A stretch of DNA of 64,000 nt from an uncultured Gammaproteobacteria bacterium (GTDB lineage Bacteria > Pseudomonadota > Gammaproteobacteria > JABCZS01): NCBI GenBank assembly GCA_963848305.1, contig CAWKDC010000001.1:320001-384000 (forward strand), written 5' to 3'. Under the pieces are notes generated by a model that did no database searches, was not told the DNA's origin, and saw nothing but the letters and a program-made list of their open reading frames with translations. Position numbers and translations under genes: made by a program. Position 1 is the stretch's first letter. The number at the start of each line of letters is the position of its first letter. Of this stretch, positions 44,588-55,006 are shown piece after piece.

Positions 44588-45281
44588 TTTTTAATAACTC
44601 CAAGGCCTTTTCAGCAGCTTCTTGTTCTGCTTTGCGACGGCTTTCGCCTCGCCCTTCTGTTGTCAATGGGGGTGATTCGATCATGCAAGTGACAACAAAT
44701 GCTTGATTGTGAGATTCACCTTGAATCGCAGCAATGAGATACTTGGGAAGTGGCTGTTTGTGTGCCTGAAGCCATTCTTGAAGTTGTGTTTTAGGATCTT
44801 TCTGGTTCATGGTGAGTGACATACTCTCGAGCCGCGGACCGTACCAATCTAACACATGTGCTTTCATCGTGTCGAAATTTGAATCCAAATAAATTGCGGC
44901 AATCACGGCTTCTAGGGCGTCAGCCACAATAGATGGTCGTTTTGCGCCACCACTTTTTAATTCACCGACGCCTAATTTCAGATAATCACCAAGATTAAAT
45001 TGATCAGCAACATCTGCCAATGTTTCGCCACGAACACACATTGCACGAAGCCTCGTGAGCTCTCCTTCTGAGGCGCGCGTAAATTTTTTGTATAACGCTT
45101 CAGCCATGACTAAGTTGACCAAAGAATCGCCCAAGAATTCAAATCGCTCATTATTTTTAGCGCCCGCACTGCAATGTGTCAAAGCAACATTCAATAATTC
45201 AATGTCATTAAATGTGTATCTCATGGCCGCTTGCAGCGGCAACAATGATTTAGGCTCAATGGATTTTTTACTCAATCGCAT
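44577..45281 (-). CDS. rnc: Ribonuclease III
   Basis: NERFEFLGDS, DALEA, dsRBD DPKTQLQE. Confidence 0.95.
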   Translation of the reverse strand: MRLSKKSIEPKSLLPLQAAMRYTFNDIELLNVALTHCSAGAKNNERFEFLGDSLVNLVMAEALYKKFTRASEGELTRLRAMCVRGETLADVADQFNLGDYLKLGVGELKSGGAKRPSIVADALEAVIAAIYLDSNFDTMKAHVLDWYGPRLESMSLTMNQKDPKTQLQEWLQAHKQPLPKYLIAAIQGESHNQAFVVTCMIESPPLTTEGRGESRRKAEQEAAEKALELLKNEP

Positions 45282-46032
45282 CCCCCGTTCTGTTCCAGCG
45301 CATATTGAATTGTTTTGTATCTACGCTGATCATAATGCGAAACGCTTCACCTTTCATCAGCGCATCGGGCACGAAACCCCACACGCGACTGTCTCCGCTG
45401 TCATCACGGTTATCGCCCATCACAAAATAATGACCTTCAGGGACTTTACCTGAAAATGTGAGTCCATCTCCAGGACGCTCAAAAATATCATGTTTAACAC
45501 CCATCAAATCCTCTTTGTACATACGGACAAAATAAGGACTGCCATCGACAGGATCAACATAATCAGATTCGATGAATGTTTTTGGAACTGGTTTTCCATT
45601 AATGGTGAGCTCTTTATTGACGTAAACAATCTCGTCGCCCGGCAAACCTATCACGCGTTTAATAAAGTTTTCAGTCGGCTTGGGGGGGTAACGGAATACA
45701 ACCACATCCCCTCTGTCAGGATCTGTGCCTAAAGATAACCGTTTATCGATCACCGGAAAATACCAACCGTATTTGAATTTATTGACCAAAACAAAATCGC
45801 CTTCCAGCAAAGTAGGCTTCATGGAGCCAGATGGGATTCGGTAAGGCTCGATCACGAATGTACGAACACAAAACACAATGATGAATACTGGAAACAGTTC
45901 ATAGGCGAGGCTCAACAACCAAGGCATTTTACCTGAACCCCGTTTCTTTCTGAAAAACAACGTATCCACAACCACGATGACCGTACTTAATACAGCCAGT
46001 ACAAATAATAATCCAGCAAAATCCATATACAT
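45268..46032 (-). CDS. lepB: Signal peptidase I
   Basis: IPSGSMKPTL, FIKRVIGLPGD, GDNRDDSGDSR. Confidence 0.95.
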   Translation of the reverse strand: MYMDFAGLLFVLAVLSTVIVVVDTLFFRKKRGSGKMPWLLSLAYELFPVFIIVFCVRTFVIEPYRIPSGSMKPTLLEGDFVLVNKFKYGWYFPVIDKRLSLGTDPDRGDVVVFRYPPKPTENFIKRVIGLPGDEIVYVNKELTINGKPVPKTFIESDYVDPVDGSPYFVRMYKEDLMGVKHDIFERPGDGLTFSGKVPEGHYFVMGDNRDDSGDSRVWGFVPDALMKGEAFRIMISVDTKQFNMRWNRTGDAIE

Positions 46033-46033
46033 A

Positions 46034-47824
46034 TTATTTATCCACCTTTAAAATAGCAAGAAAAGCCTCTTGCGGCACCTCAACGCGACCAATTTGTTTC
46101 ATGCGTTTTTTACCCTTCTTTTGTTTGTCGAGTAATTTTTTCTTTCGTGAAATATCACCCCCATAACACTTTGCCAAAACGTTTTTCCGTAAAGCCTTCA
46201 CGTTGGTTCTCGCGATGATCTGCGCGCCAATGGCCGCTTGAATCGCCACATCAAACATTTGACGCGGGATCAGTTCCTTCATGCGATCAGCCAATTGCCG
46301 TCCTCGTGATTGCGAAATGCTACGATGCACAATCAATGCGAGGGCGTCAATTTTCTCGCCATTGATCATGATGTCCAGCTTCACCAAATCAGAGGGCTGA
46401 AAATAAGCAAAATGATAATCCAATGATGCAAAGCCGCGCGAACAAGATTTCAATCGATCAAAGAAATCCAGCACCACTTCATTCATGGGGATTTCATACG
46501 TGAGCGATACTTGACGCCCGGTGTAATGCATTTTTTTCTGCACGCCACGCTTTTCAATGCACAGCGTGATCACGTTGCCAAGATAATCCTGCGGCACCAA
46601 TATATTCACCGTGGCGATGGGTTCGCGGAACTCACGGATGCTGCCAGATTCAGGTAAATCTTCAGGATTAGAAATGTGAGCAATATCCCCCGCATTGGTG
46701 ACAATTTCATACACCACCGTCGGCGGTGTGGTGATCAAATCCAAATCATATTCACGCTCCAGCCGTTCTTGCACAATTTCCATGTGCAACAACCCTAAAA
46801 AGCCGCAGCGAAAACCAAAGCCCAATGCTGTCGATGTTTCAGGTTCGTAAACGAGCGATGCATCGTTCAAACACAGCTTAGACAATGCTTCGCGAAAATC
46901 TTCATAATCGGTTGAATCGATAGGAAACAAACCCGCATAAACTTGTGGATGAACCACTTTAAAACCGGGCAAGGCTTCTGTGGCTCCATGAACCGCAGAC
47001 GTGAGCGTATCGCCCACAGGTGCGCCCGTGACCTCTTTCACCCCCGCGACAACATAACCTACTTCACCCGCGCTCAGTTGATCGCGTTCTTTGCGCTTCG
47101 GCGTGAAAATCCCCACGGTGCCAACATCATAGGCTTTTCCTGTTGACATGACACGGATCTTTTCGCCTTTTTTCAAGACGCCATTCTTGATACGCACCAA
47201 TGACACAACGCCGAGATATGTATCAAACCAAGAATCAATGATCAATGCTTGTAGAGGGGCTTCTGGATCGCCAACAGGCGGAGGAATACGCGTAACCAGT
47301 AGATCGAGTGCTTCTTGAATCCCCAAACCAAGTTTTGCACTGATGGCCGTGGCATTAGTTGCCTCTATCCCAATAATATCTTCAATTTCAAACTTGACTC
47401 GTTCGGGATCCGCCTGAGGCAAATCAATTTTATTCAATACTGGAACCACTTCCAGCCCTTGCTCAATGGCGGTATAGCAATTAGCAACAGTTTGAGCTTC
47501 AACACCCTGACTGGCATCGACCACCAACAGCGCGCCTTCGCACGCTGCCAGCGATCGGGACACTTCATAAGAAAAATCAACATGGCCAGGTGTATCGATA
47601 AAATTCAATAAATAAACTTGGCCATCAGACGCCTTGAAATTCAACGATACACATTGCGCTTTGATGGTAATCCCACGTTCGCGCTCAATGTCCATGGAAT
47701 CCAGGACTTGATCCTGCATTTCACGGGCCTCTAGCCCGCCGCAGAGTTGGATAATTCTGTCGGCGAGCGTCGATTTCCCGTGATCAATATGCGCAATGAT
47801 TGAAAAGTTTCTAATGTTCTTCAT
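46034..47824 (-). CDS. lepA: Translation factor EF-4
   Basis: [33 protein letters not shown]. Confidence 0.97.
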   Translation of the reverse strand: MKNIRNFSIIAHIDHGKSTLADRIIQLCGGLEAREMQDQVLDSMDIERERGITIKAQCVSLNFKASDGQVYLLNFIDTPGHVDFSYEVSRSLAACEGALLVVDASQGVEAQTVANCYTAIEQGLEVVPVLNKIDLPQADPERVKFEIEDIIGIEATNATAISAKLGLGIQEALDLLVTRIPPPVGDPEAPLQALIIDSWFDTYLGVVSLVRIKNGVLKKGEKIRVMSTGKAYDVGTVGIFTPKRKERDQLSAGEVGYVVAGVKEVTGAPVGDTLTSAVHGATEALPGFKVVHPQVYAGLFPIDSTDYEDFREALSKLCLNDASLVYEPETSTALGFGFRCGFLGLLHMEIVQERLEREYDLDLITTPPTVVYEIVTNAGDIAHISNPEDLPESGSIREFREPIATVNILVPQDYLGNVITLCIEKRGVQKKMHYTGRQVSLTYEIPMNEVVLDFFDRLKSCSRGFASLDYHFAYFQPSDLVKLDIMINGEKIDALALIVHRSISQSRGRQLADRMKELIPRQMFDVAIQAAIGAQIIARTNVKALRKNVLAKCYGGDISRKKKLLDKQKKGKKRMKQIGRVEVPQEAFLAILKVDK

Positions 47825-49216
47825 GGTAACCGAATGGCCAGGTAACGTTGTCCCAGGTCACGACGACCCATGAGTATCGATACCAGTGACTTGGGCTTGA
47901 CACCCGCCACTGCCCTATCGAAATCTTCCTTGCTCTTCAGTACTACACCGTTGATCATAAAGACCACATCACCGCGACGAAGACCCGCATAAGCAGCAGG
48001 ACTGTCACGACCAATGGCCTCAATCAAGACGCCCTCCGTCAGCTCGAGCTGTTTCTTCTCGTCTGAGGAAAGATCCCGGGCTTGAATACCCAGAATATTC
48101 ATCTTCATCTTTTTAGACTCTTGATAAGGTGTATGCTCTTCTTCCTGAGCCAACGCCCCGACCTTAAGAGTGATTGTCTTATTGACGCCTTGACGCAAAA
48201 TATCCATCTTCACCGTGGTACCAGGCTTGGTAAACCCGACCAGGTGAGGCAGTTCATTGGCCGAAGGAACGGGATGACCATTAAACGTCATGATGATATC
48301 GCCATTCTTAAGACCCGCTTTTGCGGCAGGGCTGTCATCAATCACATCTGCCACCAAGGCGCCCTTGGGCTGACTCAACCCAAAGGATTCAGCCAAGTCT
48401 TTATCCATTTGCTGAAAGGAAACGCCCAACCAACCGCGCTCCACTTTACCATTGGCCTTGAGTTGTTGAATCACATCTTTTGCAACATCAGACGGAATGG
48501 CGAAAGACAAGCCCAAATAACCGCCCGTACGGGAGACGATTTGTGAATTCACCCCAACAACCTCCCCTTTCATATTAAACAAGGAACCCCCAGAGCTGCC
48601 TGGATTTATGGCCACGTCGGTTTGAATAAAGGGGACATATTTATCGCTTTGCAAACCACGTCCCTTTGCACTGACAATCCCTTGAGTCACACTGTAATCG
48701 AACCCAAATGGCGAACCAATTGCAAACACCCATTCACCCACTTTCAAATCAGCAGATGACCCAAATTTAACCACCGGCAACTTCCGATTCACCTCGATTT
48801 TAAGCAGAGCTAAGTCACTGGTAGGATCCGTGCCAATGACTTTGGCGGGATAATCAATCTCATCGCTAAGACCAACGACAATACTATCGGCATCCTTGAT
48901 GACGTGGTTGTTCGTCAGAATATAACCATCTTCAGAAATGATAAACCCAGAACCCAAGGAGTGGGCTGGACGTTCTGGTCAGATTCTCTTGAGGAATGCG
49001 AAATTGTGGCCCCAAAAAGCGCTGAATGATTTCATTGTATTCATCTAACTCTGGACCAGCATGCCCACCTTTTGAGGCCCGGGTTGTGCTGATATTGACA
49101 ACACTGGGACTCAAGGTTTCCGCGTAACGAGAGAAGTCAGGCAAATCAGCAAACAGCTGAACCGACACCAACAATAAGGCGACATATAAAAACTTGGCTA
49201 CTCTATTGATTAACAT
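47821..49216 (-). CDS. degP: HtrA/DegP (MucD-like) serine protease with two PDZ domains; apparent frameshift near 48960-48982
   Basis: Signal + [12 protein letters not shown] in ORF 48932..49216; [20 protein letters not shown] in ORF 47821..48957. Confidence 0.85.
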
Positions 49217-49330
49217 AGGCTGTTCCTCCTGAAAGTCCTAAAAGATCGGTGTATTGTATACCTTTTTAAGGTATATGAGCAAATTTAAATCATGGGTTAT
49301 AATCAATCAAGTCATTCAAACGAGGCGCTC

Positions 49331-50260
49331 ATGTCCATCCTTTCTCCCTACATGCATTTTTCGCGCGATAACTGGCGCGAATACCGCGGCGACACCCCGT
49401 TATCACTCACAGAGGACGAACTCGCCACGTTAAGAGGGTTTAATGAGTCAGTCTCCATCTCTGAGGTCGAGGACATTTATCTCCCCCTCTCGCGCCTACT
49501 CAATTTATATGTCACAGAAACACAAAGTCTGCATACCACGACCAGCCGATTTTTACACCGCCAAGCCCCTAAACTGCCTTACATCATTGGGGTCTCGGGT
49601 AGCGTGGCTGTGGGCAAAAGCACCACAAGCCGTATTTTACAAACCTTACTCACACGCTGGCCTAATCATCCCAAAGTCTCCCTTGTCTCGACGGACGGAT
49701 TTTTATACCCATCACGAATATTAGAGGAAAAGGGTTTAATGGAACGAAAGGGTTTTCCAGAAAGCTATGATCGTCCCGCCCTTCTACAATTTTTAAGTGA
49801 TTTAAAATCCGGCAAACCAACCGTCACGGTGCCCGCCTATTCCCATGCCGTGTATGACATCATCGATAAAGTTGACACCATTCACACACCTGATATTTTA
49901 ATCATTGAAGGATTGAATATTTTACAAATACCGGATGTGGCGGCAACCCAGCGATTATACGTGTCCGATTTTATCGATTTTAATATTTTTGTGGACGCTC
50001 CAACTGCTATCATTAAATCATGGTTTCTTGAGCGCTTTCGCGCATTTCGCGAACAAGCGCAAGGGAAGCCCGACCTATTTTTTCATCAATTCACGTTGAT
50101 GAGCGATATAGAGGCGATGACATTTGCGGATCATATTTGGGAAAGCATCAACGCACCCAATTTGCGCAACAATATTTTGCCTTATAAATATCGCGCACCA
50201 TTAATATTGCAAAAAGGATCGAACCATGGGATTGAACATGTCTATCTTAAACGCGTGTAA
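49331..50260 (+). CDS. coaA: Type I pantothenate kinase
   Basis: GSVAVGKST, TDGFL, RKGFPESYD, EGLNILQ; start MSILSP with GAGG RBS. Confidence 0.94.
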   Translation: MSILSPYMHFSRDNWREYRGDTPLSLTEDELATLRGFNESVSISEVEDIYLPLSRLLNLYVTETQSLHTTTSRFLHRQAPKLPYIIGVSGSVAVGKSTTSRILQTLLTRWPNHPKVSLVSTDGFLYPSRILEEKGLMERKGFPESYDRPALLQFLSDLKSGKPTVTVPAYSHAVYDIIDKVDTIHTPDILIIEGLNILQIPDVAATQRLYVSDFIDFNIFVDAPTAIIKSWFLERFRAFREQAQGKPDLFFHQFTLMSDIEAMTFADHIWESINAPNLRNNILPYKYRAPLILQKGSNHGIEHVYLKRV

Positions 50261-50275
50261 AAGGGAACAACGATC

Positions 50276-50545
50276 ATGCTGAACACATTGACCCCCATCT
50301 TTATTTTATTATTCACTGTTACCACATCGGCTCATGCATTACCACGGTTAACAGAACCCTATGCCGCTGCAGTGTGTGACGACAACAGCCCCCCTTCCTG
50401 CGACAATATCCCTGAAGGCCAATCGGCTGTATGTGCGGATGGCAGCGCAGCGTTCTGCCGCATTTGGCGCTGGAAGGAGTATACCACCACAGATTCTATA
50501 TGCATCAGCGGAGCAGCGCTGTGCACGAGAGAGGCGACCCTTTAG
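50276..50545 (+). CDS. Small secreted Cys-rich hypothetical protein
   Basis: Signal peptide ending AHA; three Cys-pair repeats; AAGGGA RBS. Confidence 0.65.
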   Translation: MLNTLTPIFILLFTVTTSAHALPRLTEPYAAAVCDDNSPPSCDNIPEGQSAVCADGSAAFCRIWRWKEYTTTDSICISGAALCTREATL

Positions 50546-50715
50546 CAATTTATTGGGATCAGGCCTCTGGCCTTTATGCGTTATATTAATCAGGGTCTTA
50601 GCGGATGACCATGCATATCGGTTACCTTCAAGCCTTTTCCAAGGCTGGATAAATAACTTGCATATTCAACCCTTTTATGGTACCCTGCAAACTCTCAATA
50701 GAGCGAGGTGATATC

Positions 50716-51306
50716 ATGGTGAGATTTTCAGATGCAACTAATGGGGCGCTACAAAAGTTATATGATATAAAAAGGGATCTTGAAGAAACAAAAAAGAGTG
50801 CCATTGAACAGTTAACCCCCATTTATGTGCATTGGCTAAACGAGCAGCAATATATTGAACAACAATTTCGCAGCGTCATGTACTTTCTTGAAAACACAAA
50901 GATAGAAGAGACAGACTGTGCCTGGCATAAAAAATGTCATCAATATCAAAAATTGCTTATGTACGTCGCCAGCCATCCTAAATCCACAATGGCCAATAAA
51001 GCACTTCTGGAAAGAACTGGTAAAGAAATCGCGGCAGATATTGCCTCACCAAACCTTCCAAAAGATAAGACACTTTATTTTCTTAAACGTTTTAAAATGT
51101 TTTCAGAATCACTCTTGGAATATAATACAAATCTGATCACAGCCAAAGATGGCTTTATCAAGATCAACAAAGACATTGATGATATATCAAATGATTTTCA
51201 CAAACATATGAATGACATTACTCAATCCATCAATGCCTTCACATGCGACGATGGTTCGACACTGGATACGGGTTTCCCACTGGAAACTCATCAAGCGTTC
51301 AAATAA
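50716..51306 (+). CDS. Hypothetical helical protein
   Basis: Long AT-rich ORF, GAGGTG RBS before MVRFSD; no recognisable motif. Confidence 0.65.
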   Translation: MVRFSDATNGALQKLYDIKRDLEETKKSAIEQLTPIYVHWLNEQQYIEQQFRSVMYFLENTKIEETDCAWHKKCHQYQKLLMYVASHPKSTMANKALLERTGKEIAADIASPNLPKDKTLYFLKRFKMFSESLLEYNTNLITAKDGFIKINKDIDDISNDFHKHMNDITQSINAFTCDDGSTLDTGFPLETHQAFK

Positions 51307-51323
51307 ATAACCTTGCGCTGAAC

Positions 51324-51875
51324 TCAGCCCATTAAAAATGGCTTCAGCGCTTGATCAATCATGGCGCGCGCACGAAACAAACGTGAGCGCACCGTTCCAA
51401 TTGGGCAGCCTAATTTCGCTGCCATTTCATCATATGATAAATTCTCGTTATCCCGAAGCATGATCACTTTCCTGAGTTCGATCGGTAAAGCTGCCATGGA
51501 TTTGGCAATTTGTTTTTCGATTTCTTCACAGATCAACAAATGTTCTGGGGAGCCGGATTCGTACAATCCAATATCAGACAAGCATTGATCAATATCACAA
51601 TGCAACGGCAGTCGTGCGCGCGCGATCAAAAAGTTCTTCGTTGCGTTTTGCGCAATGCGATATAACCATGAATAAAATGCACTGTCTCCACGAAATCCAT
51701 CAATCCCGCGATACGCACGTAAAAATGTTTCTTGGACAATATCAGATATGTCGCTCGGATCATCGACCCACAGACGAACGATCGATTCAACACGACGTTG
51801 GTATTTTGAGACAAGCAGATTGAATGGGCGTTTATCACCCTCCTGCACACGACGCACCAGCGTCCAATCAGGCAT
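51324..51875 (-). CDS. rpoE: ECF sigma factor RpoE
   Basis: LVRRVQEGDK..FNLLVSKYQ, FRGDSAFYSWLYRIA, CPIGTVRSRLFRAR; start overlaps upstream stop (TAATG). Confidence 0.9.
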   Translation of the reverse strand: MPDWTLVRRVQEGDKRPFNLLVSKYQRRVESIVRLWVDDPSDISDIVQETFLRAYRGIDGFRGDSAFYSWLYRIAQNATKNFLIARARLPLHCDIDQCLSDIGLYESGSPEHLLICEEIEKQIAKSMAALPIELRKVIMLRDNENLSYDEMAAKLGCPIGTVRSRLFRARAMIDQALKPFLMG

Positions 51876-52327
51876 TATATTGACCAATTTAACCAACCTC
51901 TTAAACGACGAAATACATCTGTAGGGACACTGTCTGCCCACACAACGACTGGTTTAGAAAACCACGCACGATCTGCTTTAAAATATAATATGCACACGAA
52001 AGGTGTCGATATACTGCTGCCCTGCAATTGCATATCATTCCACATCCTGGTGCGGCTCTCTATGAAAAACAAACCATTATGTTGTTTGCGAACAGTGTGA
52101 ATAGCATGATATTGCGTATACACAAAAATGAGGGCAACTATCCCCAAATATGCCAATGCGAGGAAGCCAGCAGGCGACATCGGCATCGATACCCCAAACA
52201 ACAAGGCCGTGATGCCCATCACAATCGCCAACACTTTGAACGTCGGCGATGGCTTAATGTGTATGGCATCGATGGAAATCGCCGATGCGTTGGCAAATGG
52301 ACTGAAAGTATTCAGGTGCGTTTTCAT
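51875..52327 (-). CDS. YgfX (CptA)-like membrane protein; start uncertain
   Basis: Two TM helices, C-terminal W-x-DS..FRRLR-x-WL; follows sdhE. Confidence 0.75.
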   Translation of the reverse strand: MKTHLNTFSPFANASAISIDAIHIKPSPTFKVLAIVMGITALLFGVSMPMSPAGFLALAYLGIVALIFVYTQYHAIHTVRKQHNGLFFIESRTRMWNDMQLQGSSISTPFVCILYFKADRAWFSKPVVVWADSVPTDVFRRLRGWLNWSI

Positions 52328-52502
52328 AGGATAACAACCATTGATTTATGTCTTGATCGGGGGATTCCAGCAACGCAATAAATTGCTGCTGGACGGGTTC
52401 TGGGAGGGTGGCATAGCAGCCGTCATAAAAGCCCAATAATAAAATATCAAGCTCTAGCATGCCGCGACGGCATGCCCAACGGACTCTCTCGGGATGAACC
52501 AC
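52254..52502 (-). CDS. sdhE: Succinate dehydrogenase assembly factor
   Basis: RWACRRGMLELD motif. Confidence 0.93.
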   Translation of the reverse strand: MVHPERVRWACRRGMLELDILLLGFYDGCYATLPEPVQQQFIALLESPDQDINQWLLSYENAPEYFQSICQRIGDFHRCHTH

Positions 52503-52614
52503 CTTGACTCCTCATACTTCGCTGAAAAGGACTCACAGTATACCCGAATTTGTGAGCAAATAACCAGAAACATACTATAATTATTTAAATAGCTTACATA
52601 TTAAGGAGGCTATC

Positions 52615-53373
52615 ATGATAACTAAGTTGATAATTTGGCGTACTTTTACAGACGCTCTGTCTAGGGTCGTTCGACATATCCCTCTGTATTTAAAGGGAAT
52701 AGCCGTTCCTTTGGCGATATTCATCGCATCGTTTATCCCCATGTTCTTTCAACCAGTACCCATGGAACCCGTACCAGGCATGATGCCAACAGCCAGCATG
52801 GGATTGATGGGGCTTATACCGCTCATTCAGCTGCTTTTGGTAATTTGGATAGGTAATATCGCCTACCGAATCACGCTGACTGGCGAACCAGGTAAACTCT
52901 GGTGAGCAATGCGTGAAACCTGGACAGTGATTTGGTTGATTTTATTGAATATCATCACAGCAATTGGTGCTGGTATCCCTGCTGTCATAGGCTACTTTGC
53001 TATAGGATTCATCAATCCTGTCGCAGCAATAGCGAGTGCTTTCGTGATATATGGATTAGGCAGTTATTATCTCTTATCGCGCCTGGTTCCATTAATCCCC
53101 AGCATTGCCATTGGTGAAAAGAAAAGCTTGGGTGACATATGGCACATGACCCACGGGAATGGTATCCGTATCATGATTGCGATGTTGTTACCTATACTGC
53201 TATTTCTCTTGACAGGCGCTGTATTAGGTAGCATTTTAGCTGTGCTTGGACTCACGCCAGCTGTTGGCATCATGATCCCCATCAGCATGGTCGTCGTTCA
53301 ATTGATCAGTATTGTCATCGTGTGCATCTTAGCGACATTGATTGCACTGATCTACCAACAACTGAAGCAATAA
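52615..53373 (+). CDS. Polytopic membrane protein interrupted by one in-frame TGA at 52903-52905
   Basis: ORFs 52615..52905 and 52909..53373 share a frame; continuous hydrophobic helices. Confidence 0.7.
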
Positions 53374-53383
53374 TGGATATTGG

Positions 53384-53417
53384 ATAAGCACCCGGTGATG
53401 CCGGGTGCTTATTTTTT
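53384..53417 (+). terminator. Intrinsic terminator
   Basis: ATAAGCACCCGG-tgatg-CCGGGTGCTTAT then TTTTT. Confidence 0.8.
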
Positions 53418-53727
53418 AGAATAAAATATCTATGCCGTGATCTTGCACAAGGTGTAGTAGCTTGAGGGCTGCTCCACCAGGTCTTTTTTCACCGATTTCC
53501 CACTGCTTCACTGCAGAGGGGCTTACATTCAAACAAGCCGCAAAAACAGGCTGGCTTAATTTAGCACTTAGTCTGATCTTTTTAATGGCAGATTTTGATA
53601 AAGGTTCTGCAGGTTTAATACACATTGCATCAAATTCACGCATGGTTTTAACATCTAACAAGCCAGATTGATGCAGATCTTGAGCTGCCTGATGCACGCT
53701 CTCACAGATTCGACTCTTATATTTCAC
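53416..53727 (-). CDS. XRE-family HTH antitoxin (HigA-like)
   Basis: TMREFDAMC, LSQPVFAACLNVS..V-x-QWEIGEKRPGGAALKLL; GTG start overlapping toxin end. Confidence 0.88.
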   Translation of the reverse strand: MKYKSRICESVHQAAQDLHQSGLLDVKTMREFDAMCIKPAEPLSKSAIKKIRLSAKLSQPVFAACLNVSPSAVKQWEIGEKRPGGAALKLLHLVQDHGIDILF

Positions 53728-54090
53728 GAGAAATCTCCTGTAAATCACCATTCTTAAGTGCCTGCTCTATATCTTTAGTCGACATTGAAAGATATAGTTT
53801 TGCTAAATTCTCTAAAGCATTTTTATCTTCATCATTGATATTGTCTAATTCATTTTTCAAAAAACCATATAAAAAAAATACATGTTCATTCTGCCGATAG
53901 GCGATGATGTCCTTGCCCCTCCTCGCTTACCACGACCGCAGACAGGGATCCGCTTTTTATATAAAACACCCGTTAATCTTGCATCATACATACCGGACAA
54001 GAGCTCCATGGCAGCTTTATATAAAGCTTCATCATTAATCCATTGTTTTTTCTGCCATTTTATGAATGGCTTGTTCTTATATATGTTCAT
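53717..54090 (-). CDS. RelE/HigB-like toxin; apparent -1 frameshift at ~53909
   Basis: MNIYKNKPF..YKKRI..GKRGGART then IIAYRQNEHVFFLYGFLKNELDNI..QEISREI in the shifted frame. Confidence 0.82.
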
Positions 54091-54094
54091 TCTG

Positions 54095-54123
54095 AGTATA
54101 TCACTTAGTGTTATATTTATCAA
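54095..54123 (-). promoter_or_regulatory. TA promoter with palindromic operator
   Basis: TTGATA-17nt-TATACT; TATA-T-CACT-T-AGTG-T-TATA at 54097..54115. Confidence 0.7.
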
Positions 54124-54211
54124 ATAGAAAAGTAAAATCATTTATTAAAATCATGAAATAACCCACTTTTCTTCCTTTTTCGCATGGGCATTATGCTAAA
54201 ATCATTCTATC

Positions 54212-54937
54212 ATGAACACACTCACCTACGGCATAGTCCATTGCAGCGGCGTTGATGCTGGCAAATTTTTACAAGGCCAGCTCAGTGCAGACATATTGTC
54301 ACTCACTGACACTCAAGGTGCACTTTCCTGCTATTTAAATCTCAAAGGACGAGTCATTGCCCTGATGTTCGTGGTCAAACGCCCTGATGGTTTTTGGTTG
54401 ATCATGCCGCAAGATACAATCCCCCTATTTTTACAAAAGCTTCAAAAAGTGATTGCGTTTTCAAAAGCTGCTTTAACTGATATCAGCAAGGATTATAAAG
54501 TGGAAGGTGAACTTTCAACGTCTGAAACATACCCTCTCTATCACGTGAAAACAGATGAAAAAGCGGTGATATTTTACATTCAACCAGAACGCGGCATTTC
54601 ATTACGCATTTTCAAAGAACCCGGCCCGGCTTCACTGTCTGATGAATTTTTAAAAGCATTGATGGATGCACGCATCCCCTGGATTGGTTTGGAACAAAGC
54701 GAAAAGTTTTTACCGCACTACATTAATTTAATTCCTTTGCATGCCGTCTCATTTGAGAAAGGGTGTTTCGTCGGCCAAGAAGTAGTGGCACGCATGCATT
54801 ACCGTGGGCATTTGAATAAACAACTCGAGGTGATCAGCCTTCCGCCAGGCACATTGCCTGAAGAAGACGAAGGTGAGATTGTGAATGCATTAGACTATTG
54901 GGATGAACGTTTGTATTTAATGAGTGTTGTAGTGTAG
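54212..54937 (+). CDS. ygfZ: Folate-binding Fe-S repair protein YgfZ
   Basis: DAGKFLQGQ, KGCFVGQEVVAR. Confidence 0.92.
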   Translation: MNTLTYGIVHCSGVDAGKFLQGQLSADILSLTDTQGALSCYLNLKGRVIALMFVVKRPDGFWLIMPQDTIPLFLQKLQKVIAFSKAALTDISKDYKVEGELSTSETYPLYHVKTDEKAVIFYIQPERGISLRIFKEPGPASLSDEFLKALMDARIPWIGLEQSEKFLPHYINLIPLHAVSFEKGCFVGQEVVARMHYRGHLNKQLEVISLPPGTLPEEDEGEIVNALDYWDERLYLMSVVV

Positions 54938-54954
54938 GGGTTCCCCTGAGCACC

Positions 54955-54994
54955 TCGTCATTCAGGGTCACGCTGCACGTACCCAGAATGACGA
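54955..54994. terminator. Hairpin between convergent ygfZ and lysS
   Basis: TCGTCATTC..GGGT / ACCC..GAATGACGA inverted repeat. Confidence 0.45.
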
Positions 54995-55006
54995 AAGCGT
55001 GTATTG

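Noticed and set aside
52903-52905. TGA reassigned to Trp or Sec
   Set aside because: Many genes here end in TGA and prfB with its TGA frameshift is intact; no selenoprotein context
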